A stretch of 63,870 bases of DNA, the filler included, from Octopus bimaculoides (Eukaryota), in the NCBI RefSeq assembly GCF_001194135.2. It is 4 parts of 3 records of this genome, joined end to end, with 100 filler letters (N's around TTAATTAATTAA, not from the genome) between each part and the next. Parts side by side here need not be neighbours in the genome. Positions count along the whole stretch, not along the records: positions 1 to 30,194 come from NC_068982.1; positions 30,295 to 47,295 come from NC_068982.1; 2 more parts are not named here. One strand, written 5' to 3'. Shown here piece by piece: positions 23,908 to 37,171 of the stretch. The notes under the pieces are model-generated. The model was not told the origin of the DNA. It saw nothing but the letters and a program-made list of their open reading frames with translations, and did no database searches. The translations under genes were made by a program, and so were the position numbers. Positions within the stretch are counted from its first letter, which is position 1. The number at the start of each line of letters is the position of its first letter.

Positions 23908-25375
23908 AAGCATGTTTAAATAAACAAATGAATGGTAACAAAATAGTAGGGCTTCATTAGGACCACGTTGCTCTGGTTTTCATTTTAGTACCGGTAATAT
24001 ACTGGAGACATAGGTATGTATATAAAAGATACCTCTGGTTAGTATTGATACTCAAGAAGAATAAGCATCTACGTGGAATAGTTTATCTATGAATATGATA
24101 TTATTTTCTATTAACGAAGGGGAAAAAGCCATCAATCAATAATGGATGTGTTCATTTACATAATTTGTATTTTTTGATGGCAGCAGAGGGAAACATAAAA
24201 GCTTTATTAGAATATAGCATTGCATTTCCAACTCATGAATCATATAGTCTGCCTTTCGCATAAGAAGATAATCTGATTGCTGCCAACAGAGAAAGCATTT
24301 ACTGGACTTCTTCCAGCCACTTCAAATCTTTGTCACCTTGTTTATCACTACTTGCTTGACTCCCGTATAACTATTTATGTCTCTCTGGTGATGGTGCTTA
24401 TCTGACATCCCAAAAGTACTCTGTCTTCAATCATTCGTTGCTATGGAGTTTGTTAAATGAAAATATCTAACACATAGAATATCTTGATTACCTAAGTATC
24501 CTTGTTGGGATCTCTCATATGATTGTTTATATGCTTATTGTTTCCATTAACTAAATAATATTGACTTTCCATTATATACTCTCTGTATTCAATATCTATA
24601 TTATATATTGCTCTGTAGCATCACCCATCTTAAATCTACATCATCTAATCTGACTATATAATCCTTTTTCCTATCAATATTACACGTCTTGACAGTATCA
24701 CACATCTTAACATACATCAAAACGCTCCCCGCCCATGCCAATATTATACTGCTCTACAATATGATATTTCATACACCTCATAAAATCTAACTATATAATA
24801 TTAACTTCACGCATTGTTTTTATTTCCTGCCTATATTTCATAGCTCTGCAACATCACAACTTACAAACACATATCATATATATATTAAATTAACACCATA
24901 CACCATCTTTCTTTTCACCTTATATTTCACTGATCTACTGTATCACATTTTTTAAATAGACATGAAACAGAAACAAAATCGTTTTATTTTTGCAAGTAAA
25001 TAAAACCATTGAACTGAACATATTTCTCTGTCATTGAAGCCTGTATATTAAGGCTGACATTAGCTTCTATCTAAGCACTAATTATAATTATCCTGTAAAA
25101 TGAATCAATGGGGAGCCACGTTGTAGTTACCCAGCATAACTGACTACTTAAATTATAAACCAAATCTCTTTGAAATCACATCAAAGAAAGAAGGACACAA
25201 AGGAAGAAGGATACATACTCCAAGAGATACATTGTGTTCATGGTTGGATTATATTTGATCATGGGTCTGCTCCATTTGGGTTGGCCTTGGGTTTAAAAAT
25301 GAACAGGAGCAACAACTATAACACTGATACTTTCCAACACACACACACACACACGTGTATACACACACTCACATG

Positions 25376-25435
<60 letters not shown>

Positions 25436-25815
25436 TCTTTTTATATATGCATGTATATTATATACATGTGTACTTGAGATAAAGATGGTGGGAAAAAGGT
25501 ATCAGGGTAGGCCTGGGGACAGTTTGAGACAATTCCTTTTGGACAATTATGACTGATAGGCAATTGTTATGCTATTACAACTGCAGAATAACTGACAACT
25601 ATATATTAGATCCGGGAGCTCTCCTTTATACTGCTGTAGCAATACCCAGCTGATTATCCTCAACAAATGACATTTGGGCATTTATACAAAACACTGAGCA
25701 ACAATAGAATTAATCCTCAACTGATTAGTAATAATGCATATTTTTATTTTGCTTCAAAACAAAACAACAATACAGAAATATACTATATATATGTGTGCGC
25801 ATGCATGTATATGTA

Positions 25816-25892
<77 letters not shown>

Positions 25893-26037
25893 NNNNNNNN
25901 NNNNNNNNNNNNNNNNNNNNNNNNNNNNNNNNNNNNNNNNNNNNNNNNNNNNNNNNNNNNNNNNNNNNNNNNNNGCTGAGCACTCCACAGACACGTGTAC
26001 CCCTAACGTAGTTCTCAGGGAGACTCAGCGTAACACA

Positions 26038-26075
<38 letters not shown>

Positions 26076-26089
26076 ACACATACCATCAT

Positions 26090-26375
26090 CGTCATTATTC
26101 AATATCCATCTTCCACGTATGTATGGGTAGGATAGTTGACAGGAGCTGGCCAGGAAGAATATCTACTCAAGGCTACTGTGTTTGTATTGGCAGGGATTTT
26201 ATGGCTGGATGCCCTTCCTAACACTGACCACTCTGCAGAGCGGACTCAATGCTTTTTACAAGTCACTAGCGCAGGAGATTAGTTTTGGCATGATTTTTAC
26301 AGCTGGATGTCCTTCCAAATGCTAACAACTTTACAGTGTGGATTGGATGCTTTTTACATGGCACCAGCACTGACA
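26090..26375 (-). mobile_element. SINE-like family C, reverse diverged copy
   Basis: ggctggatgcccttcctaacactgaccactctgcagag...gctttttacatggcaccagcac. Confidence 0.75.
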
Positions 26376-26404
26376 TATATATAATGTGTATACATAGCTA
26401 TGGG

Positions 26405-26800
26405 TGTAAGAGTGGCAGTGTGGTAAGTATCTTGCTAACGAACCACATGCTTCCGGGTTCAGTCCCACTGCGTGGCACCTTGGGCAAGTGTCTTCTACTA
26501 TAGTTTTGGGCTGACCAAAGCCTTGTGAGTGGATTTGGTAGATGGAAACTGAAAGAAGCCAGTCGTATATATGTATATATGTGTGTGTGTGTGTATAAGT
26601 TTGTGTGCCTGTGTTTGTCCTCCCAACTTCGCTTGACAACCAATGCTGGTGTGTTTACGTCCCCGTAACTTAGCGGTTCGGCAAAAGAGACTGATAGAAT
26701 AAGTACAAGGCTTACAAAGAATAAGTCCTGGGATCGATTTGCTCGACTAAAGGTGGTGCTCTAGTATGGCCACAGTCAAATGACTGAAACAAGTTAAAGA
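26405..26800 (+). mobile_element. SINE family B, full length
   Basis: gagtggcagtgtggtaagt...ccgggttcagtcccactgcgtggcacc...gtcaaatgactgaaacaagt. Confidence 0.9.
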
Positions 26801-27056
26801 GTATGTATACTTATATGCATGTAAAAGTGTGTGTATAAAAATGTGCGTGTATGTGTGTGTACACACACACAAACGTTTATATGTTGATTTGATGTAACAG
26901 AGGGGCAGACTAGGAATAAGGAATTGGAAAGGATGCAGGGAAAGAGATGGATGAAGCAGAGGTAAAGAATGTGAAAAGAGTGAGTTCTGAGTATTTGATT
27001 GAGTTAGATATTTTTAGCTGCACTTGATATGCTTATGGATGCAAATGTATTTGTAG

Positions 27057-27092
27057 TAACGCCTGCGCATGCGTAGTCTTACGCATGCATAG
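27057..27092. promoter_or_regulatory. Candidate housekeeping-type promoter element, NRF1-like (T)GCGCATGCG(T) palindrome plus a second inverted half-site
   Basis: acgcctGCGCATGCGTagtcttACGCATGCATag, followed by about 150 bp of locally CpG-richer non-repeat DNA in an otherwise CpG-poor region. Confidence 0.4.
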
Positions 27093-27463
27093 AATTAAAC
27101 AAGCAAGCGTTTCCCGCTCAATTCATTCTCTTTCTCGCTGGCCAGCGATTGAGCATGGACGTGTGTTTAAGCTGTCTCTCTACATCTTTCGGTCTTACAC
27201 TCGACAGCTCGTTATTCTCACCTCTAAAGATGTATAACTAAAGATATGTATGTTTTACCAAGTAAATAAATGTTGTTTAAGTTGTTTAGTCTGGAGTTCA
27301 GCGTTCCGTCAATTTCTTCAATTTTATAGTAGAAAGTCAGGTATACAATCTAAAGATGTATAACCCACTTTCTACTAAATATTCAGAAACTTCTCAAAAC
27401 ATCAGGAAAAGCTCTGCTTCAACAACACATGAGTGTATACAAAAAGATATAAGCATATATATA

Positions 27464-27524
<61 letters not shown>

Positions 27525-29687
27525 TTATTCTTTCACAGAAATATTTTTATAGAATGAGAGCGAGAGAGAGAGGAAAAGAGAGAAATCTGTTTGCATAATG
27601 CATTCATCTATGTTATTAAAAGTCAACTTTATATTGGAGATGAAAGATAATGGTTTTAAATAGCTGAAATAGCATTGATATCTGATGAGATATTTTACAC
27701 AGCGAAATTAGTTATCAGTGGCAAATATAACTCAGAAGCAATACAGGCTTTGTCGTTGTGCTTATTTATTTATTTAAATATATGCTTTTAGTTGAGACAG
27801 TTATTGTGTGTAGATATTTACCATGTGTTTTGTATAAGTGAAATTCTAATATTTAAACATTATTGGTTGATCAAGTGTATGTATAGACTACAACAGAGGA
27901 AGACTAGCGGTAGACATTTTTCTCTTTCTAAATTGGCATTAGAAATTTTTTAGGGTCAACTTCACCTATTATCGTTTTTTTCATGTTAGTTTAAGTACTA
28001 TTTATATATCAAAAGCTGAGTGTCAGTCGATTGTACTCCAGTCTTTACTGGTGTCTTGTGAAGAAAAACCAGTATTAAAGGAGGAAAAAAAAAACCAATA
28101 TTGAAGTTTGTTAAAACAAACTAAAAGAACAACAAAGTCAAAACAATTCTACAATAAAAAAATAGCCAATGTTAGTACAGGAGAGGGAGAGAGAGAGGGA
28201 GGGGTGGGCAGAAGGTGGGAGAGAGAGGGGGAGACAGAGAGAGAGAGAGAGAGATTATTGTTTCCATTATTATCTTCTATTCTAAACAAGTTATTTTTAA
28301 TTCACCCTCTTTGTACTTTCACCAGTCTTCAAATATTGTAGCATCTATGAGTTAAATGAGTGAAGTGTTACAACAACTTGCACATATTTTAGCATTCTCC
28401 CCCCCTCTCGTATTATGCATGTCATAATTGTATTATATTTACAGCAGATAACAGTGAAACATTAGACTTTCAAAAATCTGGTGCTTATTTGAATGAGAGC
28501 AATATTTATGTTACTTGGAATTCATCTAGTTAAAACAAAACTTTCTTTTTATATGCTATAAATGCAAATGTATTCACCAGTTAATAGTAGTTCTATTCTA
28601 CAATATGGTTCTAATTTCTTTAACCTGTTAGTGTAAATTAAGAAAACATCAATAGACTCCTCTGGTTTAAATATGTAATCTTTATTGTAAAACTGTGAAA
28701 TTGATATGTCCATGAAGTTAATAAAATAAATTAATGAAAAATATAAGCATCTGGGAACAATCATTTATTTTATTTAACATTCTTCATTCTGAATTGATTT
28801 AACAATATTTGGTTGTAATTGTCGCATGTTAAAGCCAAGCATTTATAATCAAATTTTCAATCCATTTTCACAGTCTTTTATTAAAAAAAAATTTTTCGTT
28901 TCAAGATTAAATTCAATTTTTTTTCCTTATCAGATAACTGTATTGCTTGGCCTCCTGAAATTATCTGTTCTTGACGCCCATGTTATTTATGGCAGTTGCC
29001 TTGGTCACTGATGCTGTCAATGTATTTACTTTCTTTTTTTTTTCTTCCCATTGAAGTCATTCTACTTGTCTTAATTACAATCAGTATGATCACCACCACA
29101 ACTGCTGTCATCTCATTCTTTCTGAATCAGTAAGTGCCATACTAATAGTTTCACATAACTTGCAATATTCCAATGCAAACTGGAGACTGAAAACTGACAA
29201 CCAATGTGAAGCAGAAAATAACATTGCCATAAATACAACACATTACATGTATATATGTAGTAGTGGCAGTAATAGTAGTAGTAGTAGGTGGTGGTGCTGG
29301 TGGTGATAGTGTAGGGGTGATGTAGGTGCTAGGGGAAGAAATAACAGGTTCTGCATTCTTAATAGCATACATAGAAAAGAATATCTAGCATAATGTAAAA
29401 ATCATATTCACACGTGTTTGGTAACTAGGGCTTTAACATCACACACACACACACACACACACATCTATCTTTTACTTGTTTCAGTCATTAGACTGTGGTC
29501 ATGCTGGGGCACCGACATGAAGAATTTTTAGTCAAATGAATTGACTCCACTATGCTTTCTTTTTTATTTTTAAATCCTGGTACTTAGTTTTTTTTGTCTC
29601 TTCTGTCAAACCATTTAGTCACAGGGATGTAAACACACCAACATTGGTTGTCAGGTAGTGGTGGTGGGGGGACAAATACAGATACAA

Positions 29688-29759
<72 letters not shown>

Positions 29760-29765
<6 letters not shown>

Positions 29766-29966
29766 TATATGAGTATATGCATATATATGTACATGTATGT
29801 GCATACTTTCATCTACATGTATATATAGTTGCATATCTGGGTACATGACGTTGCAAAAAAACATGGACAAAATGATAAAACAAGGTACAAAAAACACACA
29901 GGCCACATAGAGAACATATCCTTCATCAGCTGCCACCATTATAACACTGGCGTATCGAAGAGTTAG

Positions 29967-29970
<4 letters not shown>
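29760..29970. repeat. Dispersed repeat Y, copy 1, flanked by (TA)n
   Basis: gagtatatgcatatata..gcatatctgg.tacatgacgttgcaaa...aaaacacacaggccacat..agaacat...cttca...gaagagttagggca is shared with 45125-45495. Confidence 0.75.
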
Positions 29971-30006
<36 letters not shown>

Positions 30007-30238
30007 CATATAAGAAGGGATGACCACTAAGTGGACATCCAATATGCCAGGTCCACTTAGTGGCCATCCTTTCTTAAACACATGTAACATAATTTTTCTG
30101 AATTTTCATATTTTTTATATGCTAGGCCACTGGTTTTAAATTTATGTTAATTAAATTAATATTCAATTTATCACCCTCAGTATATAAATATATANNNNNN
30201 NNNNNNNNNNNNNNNNNNNNNNNNNNNNNNNNNNNNNN

Positions 30239-30250
30239 TTAATTAATTAA
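30239..30250. other. Synthetic six-frame-stop scaffold linker TTAATTAATTAA inside a 100-bp gap (also 47340-47351 and 62277-62288)
   Basis: An identical 44N + TTAATTAATTAA + 44N layout occurs three times. Confidence 0.95.
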
Positions 30251-30294
30251 NNNNNNNNNNNNNNNNNNNNNNNNNNNNNNNNNNNNNNNNNNNN

Positions 30295-30350
<56 letters not shown>

Positions 30351-30772
30351 TGTATGCGTGTATGTATGTGTATATATGAATATGTACATATGTATATGAG
30401 AGAGAAAATCTTTCATTAAACAGACTGAAGCCAACATGTCAGCGAATATTCCTAAATTATATAATGACTTCTCAATATAAACCCTTTTAATGAACCTTAA
30501 ATGCTAAAGCTACTAATACCTAACCCATTGAAACAGTAATTATTGAAATTAGCTTTCTTAGGAAGGGGAGTATTTCACACGAGTAGATATTGTTTGATAA
30601 CATGTAGCACACTTTCTCTTATTTAATCTTGTATGTTATCGCTCATGAGACCGCTGCCCACTGATCCAATGGTATACCAGGATATGACTGCTTGTAGAGG
30701 AGAACGAAAGAATGATAGAGTGAGTGAGTGAGAGAGAGAGAGAGAGGGGAGATAGAGAGAGAGAGAGGGGGG

Positions 30773-30841
<69 letters not shown>

Positions 30842-31239
30842 CGTTTTCAGCTAAGAGGAGATCATCAATTTTATACTGTGTGTATTCGTCATAGACACTT
30901 CGCACTGCCCGTTTAAAGCTTTAAGGATTATATCCAAAAGACCTTTAACACAAGCCTTCACTATTAGTCGTTTTATTAATCTCATTTTTCTCGCTAGAAC
31001 GCTTTCGTCACTGTCCTGTGGTAGAAAGAATACTATAACGTACAAGATCGATGAGTTTCTGAAAATGTAATCATACAGTAATTAAGAGCAGCATACCACA
31101 ATCACTAATAAATAATATCATTACTACCGTGGACCAGTTAAGGAAGGATACTTTCATATATACGAAAGTTTACTTATACAACTTTGCATTTTGTCTCTTG
31201 AGCAAAACGGTAATAAGTTCCCTGGTACAGAACTAGATT

Positions 31240-34030
31240 GCGATCAGAATGACTACTACAACCTTCAACAACAAGAACATGTTACGTAAATGCAAAACTT
31301 CATTGCAAATATCAGCATTCATCACTCAAACATTAGCTTCAGTTTCCAGTTTATATAAAACAGCAGCAATATCTATACTATTTGAATTCGATGTGGCGCG
31401 TATAAAAGGAAATGGAATATTTTCATAACGAACTATGGGCTCTCAACTGTCGAACAAGAAAATGCTAGGATTTAACTAACGCCTGATCAAGAAACTGGCA
31501 AAAATTCAACTGCCTGGATTGGGAAATTGTATTGAGTCTAATGATAAACTTAAATGAATAGCGGATCTATTATAGGTAGAACATTGACTTATTTCAACTT
31601 TAATCATCAGAGGCCAATTATCTCCAGCTTAATGTCCAACAAATGTTGCAGGAGGAAATATGTTGAAACAATTCAACTGTAAACCCAACCCAAAACATAA
31701 ACTTATCAGGATTGGAGGAAACAAAATTCCCCAAATGGGCAAGCAAATTAAATTGGATTATTATACCCTGAAAAGACCAACCGACATGTTCGGCCCCTTC
31801 TCGATCTTATATACGAATACGACCTTGAACATTTAACTCTTTAGTTCACCGAAAGTGTTAATTAATCGCCAATTATGCAAATATATGCAAACGATAAATG
31901 GAACGCATTTTCTGTCTAAAGAAAATGCAAAAATAATCCTTTTAAGTCCTAAAATATTTTGAATAGTGGGTTTGTCGATTACATTGTCCCCAGTACTCGA
32001 CTGATACTTATTATAAGGACCCTCAAAAATTGAAAGGCTAGTCGACCTACGTGGAATTTGAAGTCAGAACGTAAGTACGGACGAAATCAACTAAGCATTT
32101 TCCTGACGGTTCCGCTATCTCACTACCTTAAAAAATTGCGAAATGATGCCAACAGTGTCGAAAAGTCCCTTCTATTCCGTTGGATCAGATCGCATTCTAA
32201 CAAGAATAAGATGACGCTGGTATGCAAAGAAAGACAACAAACTCTATGGCTACTAAACTTTGAGACACCATGCACGGTTAACAATAGGTGGAGATTCCAA
32301 ATCATACAATCTACAATATACCCAAAGTTTTGCAGATTCTATCAGCATTAGAACATTTCATGCAGAATATGCAGAAAGATTTGTCCTTAAAAGGTAATAC
32401 AAAATTCAATGATACCATGTGAAAATCTACAGGTGAGTTGAATCTCAAACGGTGTTTTATACTGAAAAGGGGAGGCCTAATCATTTCAGTGATGAGATTC
32501 TTATACCATGGGGAAAAAAAAACTATAAGTTATGTTTGCGATCATCTGGAAGAACTGTATATCATAAAAGAAAAGGAAAGATGATAAAACCTTACAACAC
32601 CATGGTCACAAAGAAAACTATAAAAAAGGCATTAAATTAAGCAATCCTTAGAAGTCGAAGGTCACTTTCCAGAACTTCATGGTCAACAGTATGACATCAT
32701 TAACATACCAATTACTCTCAAGTATATTGCAGACGGAACTTATTTCACAAGAATATTCATTGAAGAATGCATAACATATTTTTCTAACAAATAAGCTGCT
32801 GTTTTGCACGACATGGCTATTGAGGTTTGGAGTGTATCTACCATCAAACAACTTTCTAAATATGACAGCCCAAACAGAAGCAAAATTGTTCGAATTTCAA
32901 AACGGATGTTTCAGGCATGGTAGAATGTTATGAAGTTAAAAATATCAGTAACCTCAGGGAAATTATACAAGATAATATTGTGACGAAACAGCCCTCGTTT
33001 GCAACCAAATCTTGGAAACAGCCTTAACGTATTGCGAACATATCTTTTCAGAACAGTACCGAAATTTTTTTCTTATAGAGATAGTTGGAGAAATAATGAA
33101 TTGGGAGATGTATGTATTAATAATAGTTATGGATTTCAAAATTCCTTGAGATCAATGACCGCAAAAATCTAATGAAAATACCAAAAGTATAATAAAGCCA
33201 ATATAATCCACATGGACAAATTTGGTAAAGAATTCTCGAGTGATTGACACACAAAGTTTTTGTTTTTTCACATGTTGATTTGTTGCGAGGAATTCTGGTG
33301 CCCTGACTTTTGTAATAGTATTATATTATATAAAGAGAATGGCTACATGCTACCAGTCTACCGAATTCACAGACACGAAGCGGAGTGCGTCAATTCATTC
33401 AATTAAAATATTAGCAAATGTAAACATTTCAAATGATAACGCGTCATTCTCAGATCTGGTTGAAGAAGCTCATCAGCAAAGCTAAGGGCAGAAATTTCAG
33501 CTGCTCAAATTGGCTTAGATTTAGTAGAAACATACCTTTCTTTATCACTTAGCAACAAACATCATTATTTCAGAGTGAAAGAAGAGAAATATTTCCTGAA
33601 TCTCGGACCCTTGGCAATAAACACAAGAAAGAATATTAATAATCGTAGATCTCAACATTCGTCAGCATGCAAAATACGACAAAGAAGTGGACGTATTTAA
33701 ATCAGGGCCTTAAACTCAGATTTTTAGAGCAACAGGAGAAAAGCTTCTGATGTATGGAGCCGAAAAATGGTCCCTTACAAATATTGATATAACCGGTTGA
33801 GGAGTACCTGCAAAGAAATGTTTCAACAACGCTATACATGTTATAATAATAACATGAAGCAAATGGTAAATTCCATAGCAATCTATGACCAATAACAACC
33901 ATACCCTGAGAACAACGACTGAAATTTGTTTCGTGAAATTTGAATAATGGGAGTCAAGGCAGCACAACGTTTATCGTTATATAAACCTACTCATGGCAAA
34001 AGATCGAGAGAAAGACCTTAATATCACATA
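31240..34030 (+). mobile_element. Long, heavily decayed RTE/RTE-X-like LINE, interrupted by a SINE A fragment at about 31970-32110
   Basis: Remnant peptides ..RAEISAAQIGL (E..A..IGL after the YADD region) and RIFRAT.E..LMYGAEKWSLT (RLFRATVESVLLYGSETWTLT motif). Many stops and frameshifts. Confidence 0.6.
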
Positions 34031-34989
34031 TATTAACACGTGCTACCAGACATTGGGATAAAATTGGAAAATATATCTGCTGTTATGTACGATCTTACTT
34101 AATGGAGAGAACTCTATGTTAACGTCCGTGTTTGTACCTAGAAGGAAGAGGTGTACGCATGTATGTGTGTTAATGTATGAAAAATAGAGGCATGTATGGA
34201 GAGGAAAACATAAGAAAGGATAGAGTAGCAAAGATGGGTTGAATTTTATTAGAAGAGTAAATGAAGGTGTGTCGTATGTTCGATTTTAATATGTAAGCTT
34301 ATGAGTCTAATAAAGTGGTGATAATAACATACAATTGTAGAGGTAACAATGGGAAATACTGTGTAGTGAAATATATTAAAATTTTCATATTTTAAGCTGG
34401 AAATTCTGGGAAAAGGACTTTGCTAAGATGAAAATATTAAATCGATGAAAAATATCTTTTGGACAATCGCCAAATTAAATTGAGCAGAAACAACCCTTAA
34501 GCTGTTGCCAGGATTTCTATTACTGCACTAAACGGCACATCCTTTAGTGCACACCACACACACACATACAGACTCACATACTCACATACTCACACACGCA
34601 TCCACTCACACAGGCATACACACACACTTGCATACACAGACATACACACGCACACACACACACACATAAACACACAATAAGCACACATAAATATGCACAC
34701 CCGAACGAACTCACAAGAAAAGTTTATTTGGAAGAATGAGAGAACTTTTAAATATTATATTATTGTGTGTATTCTAATTTCTTTTCGATTTTTCTTCATC
34801 AATTTCTGTAGTTCTTGATGAAATGTTTTTGGTGAAAAACAAAGCAAACAGTACAATTTTATTTTGTTTTCCGTTTTATACTTTGTACCGACGAAAAACA
34901 TGCATTAACGAAATATCTTTACATATTGTTATTTGTTATGCTGCTTCTTGTGTTGATGGAAAACAAAAGATAATGATGAATTATAGTAG

Positions 34990-35105
34990 TTCATTTAGGT
35001 GTTATTTTTGTAGTTATAGAATCCATGGTATAGCAAATCTCGAATACGAAGATGATCAGTTGCAGTTCTTAGATCTAGTATTTCAAATATATTCTTCTTC
35101 CTAAA
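34990..35105 (+). mobile_element. Penelope-like reverse-transcriptase fragment
   Basis: IHGIANLEYEDDQLQFLDLVFQI resembles the PLE RT motif IHP.IKFT.E.E....L.FLD+.+. Short and isolated. Confidence 0.45.
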
Positions 35106-36164
35106 TCCATAGGTGTCTATGCTCTATCGTACGTATTTGTCTGTAAGTCTGTACCTGCGCTCGGGGTTAACAGTCTCGTCAGTAGCATTTTCTCCATTGT
35201 TTTGTCAATCATTGATGGCACTACTTTATGGCACTACCTTAAACAGAGTGTGTCTGTGTTAATCATGACGCATTGTTAATGCTGTGCCTGAGTTAATATG
35301 TAGAATAATACTGCTCTGATTGTCTGTTCGGGATTATTGAAATAGCTTTTGGGAATAACAGTGTCGGGTAGAGATTGTTACATACACGCGGTGTATGCTA
35401 TTATGCGTTCTTTGTATTTTGTTAACATTTCTTGTAAAGTTATCGTTGTCGGATGAAATGCTGTTACAACACATGATGTATGTAACATTGTTTCATCTCT
35501 AGCATTGATTTTGCATGTATTGCATTAATTCACTTCTTTGAAGGTACTGTTTCGTGTATACATTTTACCGGGTAGCCCCAAAGTCATCTCTGAATTAGTA
35601 GACATAATCAAAAGTTTTCCAGTCACGATTCTCCAACATGATCTAGTAATATGTCCAAGATAACTTTACCAAATGTGTTCTTGTTTTCTTAAGAGAGGAT
35701 GCTGTTATGGGGGAAGAATTACTCAATATTTTTGTAGATCAGACAATAATATGTCTATTCCGGCATTAACTGTTCGGTGGGGAGTTTGGTGTTTATTTAA
35801 AGTATTCTATACTGTGCAGGTGCAGAAGGGTTTCATAAGTTTCACGTTTAATAACGCTTAATTCATTTGAGTCTCGATAGTAGTTGACTGTATTAATGAC
35901 GGAGCCGTGGTTATGTAGTTTCTAGGGAATGGCGGATAAAGAGGCTGTTACCCTACAGGTGTGTATACTTGTATGTATTCTTTCTCACTATATTTGCATG
36001 TTGTATTGTGATCAGACATACGGGACGAAAAGACGCAACCTTGCACGGCAAAATATAAGCTACGCGATATATCAGGTTACAGAGTGTTATGTTAGTAAGC
36101 CCAAACATACGTTGGAACATACATATATACGTGTATACAAAAATATATACGTACATGTATACGT

Positions 36165-36731
36165 GGTACTATTGTGGTCACGTGATCGATGTTTGAGCCT
36201 GATCGCGCCATTTTTCTTTCTGGCTTTACAGTGTAAGCATAGCCGCGCCACTATCAATGCCCAACAAAGAACAAAGAACAGTGATCCGAGAGATGGTAAT
36301 GGTGAACCTGTTCACCATTACTATCTCTCCAGCTTGCTGAATTTTCTCGTCAGCGGTGGAAGTTGACGGGCGTCCTACTCCCTCTTCGTGCGTCACGCTT
36401 GTCTGGCCACTTTTAAACTCTTCTATCCTTTCATAAACACGTCTACAAGGTAATACCCTGTCCCAGTATTGTGCTAAAAGCTTCCCATGAATTTTAGCAC
36501 CTGACGAACCTTCCGACCAGAGAAATCGGATCACAGCACTTTGTTCTTTAGGACATATTGCTAGCGGAGTGGCCATGTTTACACTGTAAAGGCAGAAAGA
36601 AAAATGACGCGGCTCAAACTTCGATCAGGTGACCATAATAGTGCCAACTTTAAGCACGCATGCGTAGAGAGCAGTGTGACAGTAATAAAGATGTTATGTC
36701 GAAAATCCGGATAATTTTTGACTTCCCCTCG
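36165..36731 (-). mobile_element. Mariner-derived element: TIR, 5'UTR and transposase N-terminal HTH, folded back onto an inverted copy of its own 5' part
   Basis: Minus strand starts TA|CGAGGGGAAGTCAAAAATTATCCG (TA at 36732-36733). ORF from 36576 reads MATPLAICPKEQSAVIRFLWSEG..GAKIH..L.AQY....VYE.IE.FK.GQTSV..E..GRPSTS. 36165-36289 is an inverted diverged copy of 36526-36645. Confidence 0.88.
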
Positions 36732-37116
36732 TAACTGTTTGAATGTAAAAGCTGGAACAAATATATATTTATTCCTTGTATCGGTTTTCTTCTCGTTGTT
36801 CATCCGCTAGTTGCTTTGATCAAATTTACTAATGACCCAAAATTGTACAGGTGTGTAACATTTCTCTCACTTATACTAGAAATAAATTAAAGCTACGTTT
36901 CCTGATGTAAGACTGCTGATATGATATAAACATATTCCTAGAATTCAAATCTGATACGTACAGATTTTTTCACAGTCGTTGTGTATTTGTTTGAAAGAGA
37001 GTTACGCACATAAAACCACACATACAACACACACATAGCTTGATGCATAGATATATGTATTTACATATGTGTAAATACATAGATATGTGGGTATAATACA
37101 AGTATATAAGTCTCTT

Positions 37117-37171
<55 letters not shown>

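Noticed and set aside
29895-29965. Type-II hammerhead in repeat Y (minus strand: cttc-GA(T/A)A...CTGATGA-agg)
   Set aside because: CTGATGA and a GAAAC-like motif are present, but no helix I can form and helix II pairs poorly.
30845-31010. Minus-strand exon after ttctttctaccacag
   Set aside because: Good acceptor, but no convincing donor or recognisable peptide, and it runs into (GA)n.
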